A DNA stretch of 64,000 nt from Nitrospirota bacterium. GTDB lineage: Bacteria; Nitrospirota; UBA9217. This document shows, one piece after another, positions 30,456 to 39,464 of the stretch. Under the pieces are notes generated by a model, which had not been told where the DNA came from, did no database searches, and saw only the letters and a list, made by a program, of their open reading frames with translations. Within the stretch, counting starts at the first letter, position 1, and each line of letters starts with the position of its first letter. The translations under genes and the position numbers were made by a program. Location: contig CAVWHO010000002.1 of NCBI GenBank assembly GCA_963754875.1, forward strand, positions 20,194 to 84,193. The letters are read 5' to 3'.

Positions 30456-32162
30456 ATGACTCCCTCCGCCGAATACGAATCAGCAAAAAGATTAACAGCC
30501 TGGCTTCCGGCTCTTCTCACCTTGACCACGACCGCAGTGCTGTTTTTTTTCCGGCGGTATGATGACAACAGTCTTGCCAGTTGGAACGTCATTTTTCTGA
30601 CCGTGGGCAAACCCGGCCGTTTTTTTATTTTCTTATCAGCGGCGTTGTTCTTCGCGTCCCTGATTTCCTTCTGCCGCCTTTCCCTGCCCGGCCGCACACG
30701 CCCGCTCCTTCTTTTTGCCGCATCGGCAGCAATGGCAGCGCTCTGCTGGTCGATTCCGGAAGTGAATATCGACGTGTCACGGTATTTCGAACAGGCGAAA
30801 TACCTCGAACTGCACGGCGTCAACTTTTTTTTGAAGGAGTGGGGGAGAGAGATCGCGGCATGGACAGACCTCCCCACGGTCCCCTTTCTTTATGGTTTGA
30901 TCTTCAGGCTCTTCGGTGAAGAGCGGATTTTTATACAGATATTTACTACACTGCTCTTCGGGATGACGACGGTTCTCACCTCGTTCATCGGCGCAACGCT
31001 TTGGGACGACGACACGGGGTTTAACGGCGGCGTCTTACTTCTTGGAATGCCCTATCTCATAATGATGGCGCCTCTTATGCTTGTAGACGTTCCGACCATG
31101 TTCTTTCTGACACTCTCCGTCTTTCTTTTTTTGAAAACAATCACATCAGGGCGGACAGGATGGGCATGCGGTGCTTTAGTCTCGGTCTTTTTTACTGTTT
31201 TATGCAAGTATTCAGCACTCTTTCTGCTCTCGGTTTTGCCGCTTATATCCATCATATATTGCCTGAAGCATCCGAGCCAACGCCGCCTGATACTCAGAAA
31301 CACTTTTGCGGTAGTTCTATTTTCCGTTCTTCTGCTCGGCATCGCAGCGATCCTGACCCATGACGTCGTTGCGGAGCAGCTGCGGCTTCTTTTCGCTTAT
31401 CAAAAGCCGGGGCTGGGCCGGTGGTCTGAGAGTTTTGTTTCCACCTTTTTATTTCAAATCAGCCCCCTAATCACGCTCGCGGCGCTCGCCTCTCTCTTGG
31501 CGGCCGCGGTCAGGCGGGACCTGAAATACCTGATAATAGCATGGCTGCCCCTCCTGATCTTCATTTTTCAGATAAAACGCATCCGCTATGCGCTTCCCGC
31601 TTTTCCAATGGTTGCGCTTATGGCTGCCTACGGCCTCACCGTTCTCAAGGACCGGCGTGTTGTAAAAGCAGCCGTTTCGTGCGCAGTTGCCGCGACCCTT
31701 GCCCTATGCCTCTTCGCGTATATCCCCTACCTGAAACAATTGAGTTCGGTAAACCTTCAGGAAGCGGGCGCATTTCTTGACACCCTGGAGATCGATGCCG
31801 CGGAGGTCTTCCCCGTTCCGGAGCGGGAATACCCCATCAATCCCGCGATTGCCGTCCCCCTCTTGGATCTGTTCACGAAGAAAAAAATTATCTTTGCCTA
31901 TGACCCCGGGGCATCTTCTGCCGACATGGATGTCAGTCTGTCCCCCTATCGTTTCAGCTGGGAATATAAGAACCCCGCTTATTATCTCCCTGGCGCCACG
32001 GGCGCCACGGAGAAAAAAGCGATCGTGGTGATTTCCGGCAGAACGAGGGACAGCATGCCGCCGTCAATTGAAGAAAGAATCAAGGGGTACACCCGGTCTA
32101 AAAAATTTTTTACCGCTTGCCCGTTCTATGAATATAAAACGCTCGTCACGGTCTTCTGGTAA
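30456..32162 (+). CDS. GT-C fold membrane glycosyltransferase, copy 2
   Basis: Collinear paralog of copy 1 (RRYDDN, PEVNIDVSRY, WTDLP, LVDVP, NPAIAVPLLDL). Confidence 0.85.
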   Translation: MTPSAEYESAKRLTAWLPALLTLTTTAVLFFFRRYDDNSLASWNVIFLTVGKPGRFFIFLSAALFFASLISFCRLSLPGRTRPLLLFAASAAMAALCWSIPEVNIDVSRYFEQAKYLELHGVNFFLKEWGREIAAWTDLPTVPFLYGLIFRLFGEERIFIQIFTTLLFGMTTVLTSFIGATLWDDDTGFNGGVLLLGMPYLIMMAPLMLVDVPTMFFLTLSVFLFLKTITSGRTGWACGALVSVFFTVLCKYSALFLLSVLPLISIIYCLKHPSQRRLILRNTFAVVLFSVLLLGIAAILTHDVVAEQLRLLFAYQKPGLGRWSESFVSTFLFQISPLITLAALASLLAAAVRRDLKYLIIAWLPLLIFIFQIKRIRYALPAFPMVALMAAYGLTVLKDRRVVKAAVSCAVAATLALCLFAYIPYLKQLSSVNLQEAGAFLDTLEIDAAEVFPVPEREYPINPAIAVPLLDLFTKKKIIFAYDPGASSADMDVSLSPYRFSWEYKNPAYYLPGATGATEKKAIVVISGRTRDSMPPSIEERIKGYTRSKKFFTACPFYEYKTLVTVFW

Positions 32163-32200
32163 AGATCAGGGATACATCTGTTTAGGGGCGCTGCATTAGT

Positions 32201-33577
32201 TTGGAGGATGTCTTGACTCAGGCGAAAAAAGAGGTCCTTATCCTCGGAGGAGGCCTTACCGGACTCTCAGCAGGCTTCATCCTGGCCGGACACGGCCTTC
32301 CGGTGACCCTGTTCGAAGCGGACTCCGCGGTGGGCGGCATATCGAAAACGATCGAGCACCAGGGATTCCGTTTTGATCTCGGCGGCCACCGTTTTTTCAC
32401 GAAAGACCCGCGAATCGATGCCTTCGTAAAAAAACTGATGAACGGTGAGCTTATCACCGTGCCGCGCAAAAGCAAAATTTTCTTGCGCGGAAAATATTTT
32501 GACTATCCGCTCAAACCGTTCAATGCGGCGTTCCGCCTGGGGCTCCCGTCCACGGCCCGCATACTCGGCGGATACGGGATAGAGCGCCTGAAGCATCTCT
32601 TCAAGGAACCTGAAGCAGTCTCCCTCGAAGATTGGGTAGTTGCCCATTTCGGGCGGCCCATGTTCGATATCTACTTCAAAGAGTACAGCGAAAAGGTCTG
32701 GGGGATCGACTGCAATCGAATCAGCGCGGAATGGGTCGACCAGAGAATCCAGGGCCTTTCTCTTTCCAAGGCGATTGCAAATGCCGCATTCAAGAAAAGA
32801 ACAGGCGAGATTCCAACACTCGTCGATAGTTTCATGTATCCCCGGCTTGGAATCGGCCGCATATCAGATGTCTTGAAGGCTGGAATAGAAAAGTCGGGCA
32901 GGGTCTTTACCCGGACCCGGGTCGAGCAAATCAACCATGCCGGCGGGAGAATGGAAAGCGTCGTAGTAAATAGCAGCGGAGCTTTGCGCAGAGAAGATGG
33001 GAGCCAATTTGTTTCAAGCATGCCGGTTTCCGCTCTCGTGAAAATGCTGGACCCGGCCCCGCCGGAACGGGTGAAGGCCGCTGCGTCAAAACTCAGGTTC
33101 AGGGACCTTGTGATAGCAGCCGTAATGATCGACAGACCCCGGGTGACGGACCAGACGTGGATCTACATCCCCGAACGGAAGATCCCCTTCGGCAGGATCC
33201 ACGAGCCGACCAACTGGAGCGCGGACATGGCCCCACGGGGGAAGACCCTCCTGGTGCTTGAATTTTTCAGTTTCGAAGGCGACGTTATGTGGGATGCAGA
33301 CGACCGCACGATCGCCGATATCGGAATCGACCATCTTGAGCAACTCGGCCTCATCAAGCGCAGCGACGTGATTGACAGCGTCGTCGTGCGGGTCCCGAAA
33401 GCATATCCCCTGTTCGAGGTGGGCTACGAAAAATATTTCAATGAAATCGCCGCGTATCTCGCAGGCTTCGAAAACCTCCATAGCGCCGGCAGGTCCGGGA
33501 TGTTCCGGTATTACAATATGGACCATGCGATGGAGTCGGGGCTTGACGCAGCGGAAAAGATTATTCTCAGATCGTAA
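32201..33577 (+). CDS. FAD-dependent oxidoreductase (UGM/HemY-like), copy 2
   Basis: GGGLTG, FDLGGHRFF, GRSGMFRYYNMDH; paralog of 27352..28794. Confidence 0.85.
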   Translation: MEDVLTQAKKEVLILGGGLTGLSAGFILAGHGLPVTLFEADSAVGGISKTIEHQGFRFDLGGHRFFTKDPRIDAFVKKLMNGELITVPRKSKIFLRGKYFDYPLKPFNAAFRLGLPSTARILGGYGIERLKHLFKEPEAVSLEDWVVAHFGRPMFDIYFKEYSEKVWGIDCNRISAEWVDQRIQGLSLSKAIANAAFKKRTGEIPTLVDSFMYPRLGIGRISDVLKAGIEKSGRVFTRTRVEQINHAGGRMESVVVNSSGALRREDGSQFVSSMPVSALVKMLDPAPPERVKAAASKLRFRDLVIAAVMIDRPRVTDQTWIYIPERKIPFGRIHEPTNWSADMAPRGKTLLVLEFFSFEGDVMWDADDRTIADIGIDHLEQLGLIKRSDVIDSVVVRVPKAYPLFEVGYEKYFNEIAAYLAGFENLHSAGRSGMFRYYNMDHAMESGLDAAEKIILRS

Positions 33578-33582
33578 TACAC

Positions 33583-34662
33583 TTATATCTTCACATATTC
33601 CCGAAGGAGGAGGGGATAGAGCCCAGGATTGAACAGGATATTCGTCATGAAGTAGCACTCATGGGTGCAGAAACATTCGCCTTGTTTGATCGATTCGACC
33701 GTTTTTTTCGCCCTTGCTGAACTGAGGACCTTCCCGATGTCATACCCGGCCTCCCGTACGTTTCCCACAGAGCCGGACAGCATCTCGCACGGCTTTACCT
33801 CTCCGGTTTCAGTCAACACCACGTTCAGTCTCCCGGCAAAGCACGGAATGATCCTTTTTTGTTCAAGCACGGTTCGATGAATCAGCTTCCGTTGAAGGAT
33901 GTCCTGGGCGGCCTTGATTCGCGCACCCGCGAATCGATACGTCTTCGCGGACCCGGCGGTCAAGTTCTTCCCGAGCCTCTCGATCGCGGCCCGGTATTTC
34001 TCCGAATCGACCTCCTTATACCGAGCGTCGGACAGGTTTCCCCTGACAAGCGAGATCGTGTGCGTCCCGATGTACTTCATCCCATTCACAAAATCAATTA
34101 TCCCATCCATCTTGTCCTGGTTCTCGGAGCAGAAAACCGTGTTGATGCCAAGTTCAAAATGGGGATATTCCGACAGAAGCGGTTCGAGCAGGTTATACGT
34201 CTCGATCGTTTTTTCAAAGCTCCCCGGTGTCGCGCGGACCACATCGTGGTCCCTGCCGATTCCATCGAGGGAAACCTTGACCACGATCACGCTGTTTCGG
34301 CATTCTTTGAGGATCCTCTCGGTCTTCGAACGGATAACGGCAGGAAGCATGCCATTGGTCGAAAAGAGGATAACAGCCGGCCTGTTCGCATCGTGGAAGG
34401 TCTTGCTGATTTCGACGAGATCATCCCGCAGATAGATCTCCCCGCCGGAAAAGGCAACCCAGAGGAGTGATCCGAACGAGCGCGAAATTTTCCGGATCTC
34501 GTCGAGGGACAGCTCCTGCTGTCCGGTTGCAACGGAATCCGAACTGCGCAGGTAGAAGCAAAAGGGGCATTTCGAGTTGCAACGACGGGTCAGGAAGAAC
34601 GTGAGCTGAAGCGGTTTCCGCTTCCACAGGATCGAGGGTGCATGTCTGAGAGGCGAGTGCAT
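33583..34662 (-). CDS. Radical SAM protein with SPASM/twitch-type C-terminus
   Basis: CNSKCPFC, SGGE, SLDG; CFAG...PCE...CFCTHEC. Confidence 0.92.
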   Translation of the reverse strand: MHSPLRHAPSILWKRKPLQLTFFLTRRCNSKCPFCFYLRSSDSVATGQQELSLDEIRKISRSFGSLLWVAFSGGEIYLRDDLVEISKTFHDANRPAVILFSTNGMLPAVIRSKTERILKECRNSVIVVKVSLDGIGRDHDVVRATPGSFEKTIETYNLLEPLLSEYPHFELGINTVFCSENQDKMDGIIDFVNGMKYIGTHTISLVRGNLSDARYKEVDSEKYRAAIERLGKNLTAGSAKTYRFAGARIKAAQDILQRKLIHRTVLEQKRIIPCFAGRLNVVLTETGEVKPCEMLSGSVGNVREAGYDIGKVLSSARAKKTVESIKQGECFCTHECYFMTNILFNPGLYPLLLREYVKI

Positions 34663-34700
34663 AACTCAAATCCAGATTATATCAGGAGTTTTTGCCGCAA

Positions 34701-35741
34701 CTAATCCATTCTTTCTTCGTGATCTTTTTTTTCCTTTGGCTGAGATATGGTAACCTTTTTACTGCCCCGAATCAAGCCATGTTTGACGAGCCCCGCCAAA
34801 CCTCCCGCGATCACGGGAAAAGGGTAGATCATCGTGTAGTAAAATCCCCCGATTACCGTAAACCAAAGTCCCTTGGACCTGTTGAACAGTGTGAGCAAAC
34901 CGCTGCTCAAAAAGAGGTTGACAGCGAGCAAGAACGGGAGTGGCAACAGCCAGCCGGGTTGATGCCGGATGAAAAAAAGAAGCACAAAAAAAACGCTCAG
35001 GGAAAAAGAGGCCCCATTGATCTTGAGCTCCAGGGAAGCCGTCCCGGAGTCTGCCAGCAGGTCCTTGTTTAGGAAAGAATAGGCCGTCCAGTACAGCGAC
35101 TTACGAAATGCATTGCGGAGCGACTTGATCGGGGTAAAATTGAAAATATGCATTACCTGGATCCCGGGCTTCATAACGAGCCTGAACCCGGAATCCCGGA
35201 ACCGGTGGCAAAATTCCACGTCTTCCAGGATAGGGAAAAAATTTTCCCTGAAGCCCCCACTCGTGCTGAATATATCCTTGTCGATCACCAACGCGTGGGT
35301 CGCGATATAGTCCGGCTCTTTCTTCTTTGTTTCCGAATAGTGAATAAACAGGGACTGGAATAGACTGAAGAAATCGGTATCGTAGGGAAGTGGCGTATAG
35401 GTCCCGCCGATGACCGCACCTGGATTCTCGGCCACCGCCTCATTTGCGAGTGAGAGCGCATCGTCCCGGATGAGGCAGTCCGCATCGGTGAAAAAAAGAA
35501 TTTCACCCCGACTTTTTTCCGCCCCCCGGTTTCTGGCCGAGGACGCGCCTGTGTGCTTTTCGAGGGCAATAAGCCGCACGGGAAACTGCCTGATGACCTC
35601 GACGGAGTCATCTTCAGAACAGTCGTCGACAACGATTACCTCGAAGCTCCCATACCACGACGCACATGCTGCTTCGAGACATTTCCCGATCGTTGAACTC
35701 CCGTTATAATTGGGGATGATGAGGGAGATTGATTTTTCCAT
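34701..35741 (-). CDS. GT2 glycosyltransferase with C-terminal TM helices
   Basis: IIPNYN, VVDDCSED, ARNRG, FTDAD, LEDVE. Confidence 0.93.
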   Translation of the reverse strand: MEKSISLIIPNYNGSSTIGKCLEAACASWYGSFEVIVVDDCSEDDSVEVIRQFPVRLIALEKHTGASSARNRGAEKSRGEILFFTDADCLIRDDALSLANEAVAENPGAVIGGTYTPLPYDTDFFSLFQSLFIHYSETKKKEPDYIATHALVIDKDIFSTSGGFRENFFPILEDVEFCHRFRDSGFRLVMKPGIQVMHIFNFTPIKSLRNAFRKSLYWTAYSFLNKDLLADSGTASLELKINGASFSLSVFFVLLFFIRHQPGWLLPLPFLLAVNLFLSSGLLTLFNRSKGLWFTVIGGFYYTMIYPFPVIAGGLAGLVKHGLIRGSKKVTISQPKEKKDHEERMD

Positions 35742-36140
35742 TATTCCGTTCGAAAGGCCGGTGTCGACCCTTGGAGAGCACCATACACCCTTTTGCATCT
35801 GCATGCCACTTTTTTCCGGACGTGACGTTTTTCCATTGGATGTGCACATCCGGATAGTAATAAGAATCGTGCGTAGCCTGATTTCTCCTTACCTGACTTG
35901 CTGGGGCCCACGCAGTTCGCTTCGCATATCCTCGATAGGGATGCCCGGTTTGTTTACACTTCGCAGCGCTCACATGATTACCCGGCGAGCTGCCATATCG
36001 TAGGGCGGATCCGCTATGCGACATGGTGTAGCCTGTAGCCTTCACCTTCCGGATAACGTTCAGAGCAACTGCTCCCGAACCCGCAGGTGTCGGCATAATT
36101 GTGCTGCGCTATTTACAATAAAGGCGAGCAGAAAGAAATG

Positions 36141-36181
36141 AAAAAGTGCACCCCACCTCCCGGGTCAGAGAGGTGGGGTGC
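36141..36181 (-). terminator. Intrinsic terminator with 12-bp stem
   Basis: GCACCCCACCTC...GAGGTGGGGTGC followed by ACTTTTT on the minus strand. Confidence 0.85.
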
Positions 36182-36333
36182 GGGGAGGAAATATGACGAA
36201 TCATATTCCCGGACTGCCTAGGTGAGAAACAGGGTTTTCAGGGCCATCCTAGTCCGGTAGCGCCAGTGTCCCCGCTTTCCCTGTCATGGAAGCAGAAAGG
36301 CTGTTTTTCAACTTTGCCAAAATGCAACTTTAT
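36141..36333 (-). ncRNA. Candidate structured small RNA of about 190 nt, family not recognised
   Basis: Lies between a sigma70-like promoter and a terminator; nested stems and a UUCG hairpin; no long ORF. Confidence 0.5.
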
Positions 36334-36339
36334 GAACCA

Positions 36340-36368
36340 AGTATTAAAGAAAAATCTCATCTTGTCAA
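36340..36368 (-). promoter_or_regulatory. Sigma70-type promoter
   Basis: TTGACA-17 nt-AATACT. Confidence 0.6.
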
Positions 36369-36727
36369 CTTGAAATTATGAGCAGTATTGCTTCTAAAAT
36401 GCTAGATGTAGTCGTAACATTGCTGATGCAGAAATCCTCAGGGAAATCGTGACAGAGAGACATCCTCGGCTCAGAAAAGGAGTAAGCAACGCGTCGAATA
36501 GGCCGGGCATATCAGCCTCTGTTCAGGTCAGCGCACGTTTCAGACAGATGCATTTTCTTGCCGTGAAAAGAGCGAGAATTGGGGGTATCATTTACCAAAA
36601 CGCGAGGGAAGAGAGAACTGCATCAGACACGGCTCCGCGCCGTCCTAGTATATCATTTCAGAATGCATCGGCTTGCGGCAGTTGACGTCTCTCAAACAAA
36701 TGCCGGTGAAAGGCAGGAAAGCGTACT

Positions 36728-37219
36728 TCAATGAGGAGGATCACGGAGAAAACAGACGCAGTCTAAAACGACCCTGCTCCTCTGACATTCGTGCGAGTCC
36801 TTTTTTATCCAATCTTCAACCAGCGGCGCTATGGGTTTTAGCCGCTTCAGCGCATAATAGACTTTCACTTTCGACGTGTTGCTTTCGAGCCTTGCAATGT
36901 CTATAGCAAAGAGCATGTCTACGTCAAGGACGCCCGCATAGGCTATGCTGATCCGCGCCATGCCGTTTTCCGCGTCAGCGTCCCCCCTAATCCGTATGTT
37001 GTCCCCGTACACCGCCCCTTCGTAACAGTTTTTTGCATGATCCAGTGTCTTTCGGTAAACAGCTTGGTAGTCCTCATCCACGGTGAACGAATACACTCCG
37101 GCCGGATTTTTGCGGAGCATGTCTGCGGTCGTCTGGCCGCAGCCGCACATGAGCAAAATGAGCACTCCGGAAAAAATATTTTTCACAAAAAACCTTTGCA
37201 TCATTTCGTATCGTATCAT
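36728..37219 (-). CDS. Hypothetical lipoprotein
   Basis: Hydrophobic stretch ending LMCGC; 163-aa ORF. Confidence 0.75.
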   Translation of the reverse strand: MIRYEMMQRFFVKNIFSGVLILLMCGCGQTTADMLRKNPAGVYSFTVDEDYQAVYRKTLDHAKNCYEGAVYGDNIRIRGDADAENGMARISIAYAGVLDVDMLFAIDIARLESNTSKVKVYYALKRLKPIAPLVEDWIKKDSHECQRSRVVLDCVCFLRDPPH

Positions 37220-37348
37220 GAGTCAACCTTCGGGCGCCATGCATTACAGAAGAGGGCATTTATTGTGCGCCTTGTCGAATTCTCCACAGCAGCGCGGATA
37301 TTCTACTCCGCGTTATCAAACGCCTCATTCAATGCGGCGTCGTCACAT

Positions 37349-38155
37349 TCATTTCAGTAGTTCCCCATATTCTCCTGGCCTGCGGTTTTTGAGGAAGCCC
37401 CAGGTCTCGGAAGCAGCGGCGCGTTCCGCAAGGTTGACGTCCGCGATCACGATCGCCTCTTTGCCGCCTGCCAGTTCCGACGCCATCTCGCCCCAGGGGT
37501 CGGCACAGAAGCTCCGCCCGTAAAACGAAATGCCTTCTTCCTGACCGACGCGGTTGACGCGAAAGATGAAGAGATTGTTCGCAAAGGCGTTGGCCGTAAT
37601 GGCACGCTCCCAAAGTGTGTGAGAGTTAAGGGAGGAAGCGGTCGGTGAAAAAATGATCTCCGCACCCTTGAGCGCCAGGATGCGGCTCCCTTCGGGGAAG
37701 AGGTTGTCCCAGCATATCTGGACGCCGATCTTTCCCTGGGATGTTGCGAATACGGGGAAGCCGGCATCGCCGGGAGCAAAGTAATATTGCTCACGGTAGA
37801 GCGGCAGGTTCGGTACATGTATTTTGCGGTAAGTGCCAACGATCTTACCTGAATCGAATACCGCCGTACTGTTATAGTAATTGTCCTTCGCGCATTCGAA
37901 GAAAGGTATGAGGAGAACCGTTTTCGTGTTTTCGGAGAGTGTTCGGAAAAGTTCGAGATGCTCGCTCGCGGCATCCAATGCCCAGGAGAGAAGTGAACCC
38001 TCTTCGCGCCTTGGGAACCAGGGAGTGAGGAAGAGCTCAGGATAACAGATGATCCTAGCGTCCTTGTCAGCCGCCACCTTGGCCATATCCACTGCGCGCT
38101 GCACGTTCCGTTCGAGGTCATTGCCAGCGCTTATCTGTATACCGGCGATTCGCAT
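37349..38155 (-). CDS. Carbon-nitrogen hydrolase (nitrilase superfamily)
   Basis: Glu-Lys-Cys triad in YPELF, YRKIHVP, ICWD. Confidence 0.93.
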   Translation of the reverse strand: MRIAGIQISAGNDLERNVQRAVDMAKVAADKDARIICYPELFLTPWFPRREEGSLLSWALDAASEHLELFRTLSENTKTVLLIPFFECAKDNYYNSTAVFDSGKIVGTYRKIHVPNLPLYREQYYFAPGDAGFPVFATSQGKIGVQICWDNLFPEGSRILALKGAEIIFSPTASSLNSHTLWERAITANAFANNLFIFRVNRVGQEEGISFYGRSFCADPWGEMASELAGGKEAIVIADVNLAERAAASETWGFLKNRRPGEYGELLK

Positions 38156-38407
38156 AAGGGATCTTTCCCACCGACGAACACGGAGAAGTCAAAAAAAAAC
38201 CGAATCGTCTGGGAAACCGATGAACTCAGAAAGACCGGATGAAATTACCCGGTCCTGCCTTGTCGCTGCGCACCTCCACAAACATCAGCGCCCCAAACAT
38301 TTTAACTTTTTTTACTTTGAACTGAGAACCCTGAGCCGCGAACTACATGCCATTCCTTTCATTCATTGGCATTGAAAAATATTACCACGGGAGGAAATGT
38401 TTGGCTA

Positions 38408-39190
38408 CTACATCTTGTAGTTAGCCATACTTATTCCGGAAGGACCTCTCCGTTTTCGTGTATTATTGAGGATCACTGTTAATAAGCAGGCAGGTATAAA
38501 ATAGAGTAATTCGTTAAAAAATATTTCTCCAAAATTCATTTTCTGTTTTTCCGATTTTACGAACTTTTCCAAGTCATTAAATGTATCTTGTTTTTCAATA
38601 GTTATGTTTTCTTTAAAATTGAAATTGTCTTCCCAAAAGAAACTTACAACAGGCGAAGATACATATAGGTTGAGATAATATTTGGGGTATTTTAATAGTG
38701 CAGGCGTTTTATGGGTAAAAACCAAGGTCCCATTATTGTCCCTCTCAATTAGCCATCGGTGGTGATAATAGCCAGTATATTGCCATTTTTCTATTCCCCT
38801 TGTAGTTTCGAGCGCCCTTGATGGAATCTCAATATATCCTCTTTTGCCGATTCTAACGATTTCACTACATACCCAGATTGGGTCTCTAATATCTTCTAAT
38901 GTATGGGAGCAAAATACAAAATCTACTTCCTTGTCTTTGAAAGGGAACGGTGTCCTGTCACACAAATCCCTCACTATCCAATCGGTCTTTGAAAAACATT
39001 CTTTCTCATCAGCATCGCCAATAGCATTATTTATTGATCTTGTTTCATAGGGAAGAATGTCAATTATCTTATTTGCCCTTTTAAGGGGTTGTACCCACCC
39101 ACCAATATCAACTACCAAGTCGTGCGGATTAATTTTTGACAAAATCTCCTTGCTGTCTATTTGCATTAGATTACACTCCTCCACTTTCAT
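38408..39190 (-). CDS. Class I SAM-dependent methyltransferase-like protein, AT-rich
   Basis: VVDIGG, PFPFKDKEVDFVFCSHTLED. Confidence 0.85.
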   Translation of the reverse strand: MKVEECNLMQIDSKEILSKINPHDLVVDIGGWVQPLKRANKIIDILPYETRSINNAIGDADEKECFSKTDWIVRDLCDRTPFPFKDKEVDFVFCSHTLEDIRDPIWVCSEIVRIGKRGYIEIPSRALETTRGIEKWQYTGYYHHRWLIERDNNGTLVFTHKTPALLKYPKYYLNLYVSSPVVSFFWEDNFNFKENITIEKQDTFNDLEKFVKSEKQKMNFGEIFFNELLYFIPACLLTVILNNTRKRRGPSGISMANYKM

Positions 39191-39464
39191 CCATTTAATT
39201 GTGAGTTCCCCTTATCCTCAGGACTACAAAGGCGCCTCGCGTTCATAAGAATGCTCAGGGACCTCTTCCGGCCATGTCATCTATCGACCCGTCTTGACCA
39301 AAGCACGAGAAAATACTTAGACAGTACAATGTCTAGGCTTTTTTCATTTTTTCAGCTTATATGGACGGCATATCACTTTTAATTCACAGCGACAGCCCGA
39401 AATAACCGATTTCATTCAATGCAATAATAAATTTCATCCGATGCGAGAACTTACATAAACTCAA

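Noticed and set aside
27352..33577. Calling the FAD enzymes hemY or glf
   Set aside because: Only fold-level motifs are seen; the context is glycan-related but the substrate cannot be assigned.
35790..35810. TGGCATGCAGATGCA as a sigma54 promoter for the GT2 gene
   Set aside because: GG-to-GC spacing is 9 nt, not the required 10.
35940..35975. GAGCGCTGCGA on the minus strand resembling the SAH riboswitch core
   Set aside because: No convincing P1 stem, no 3' AACGGCGCUC partner, and no SAH-recycling gene downstream.
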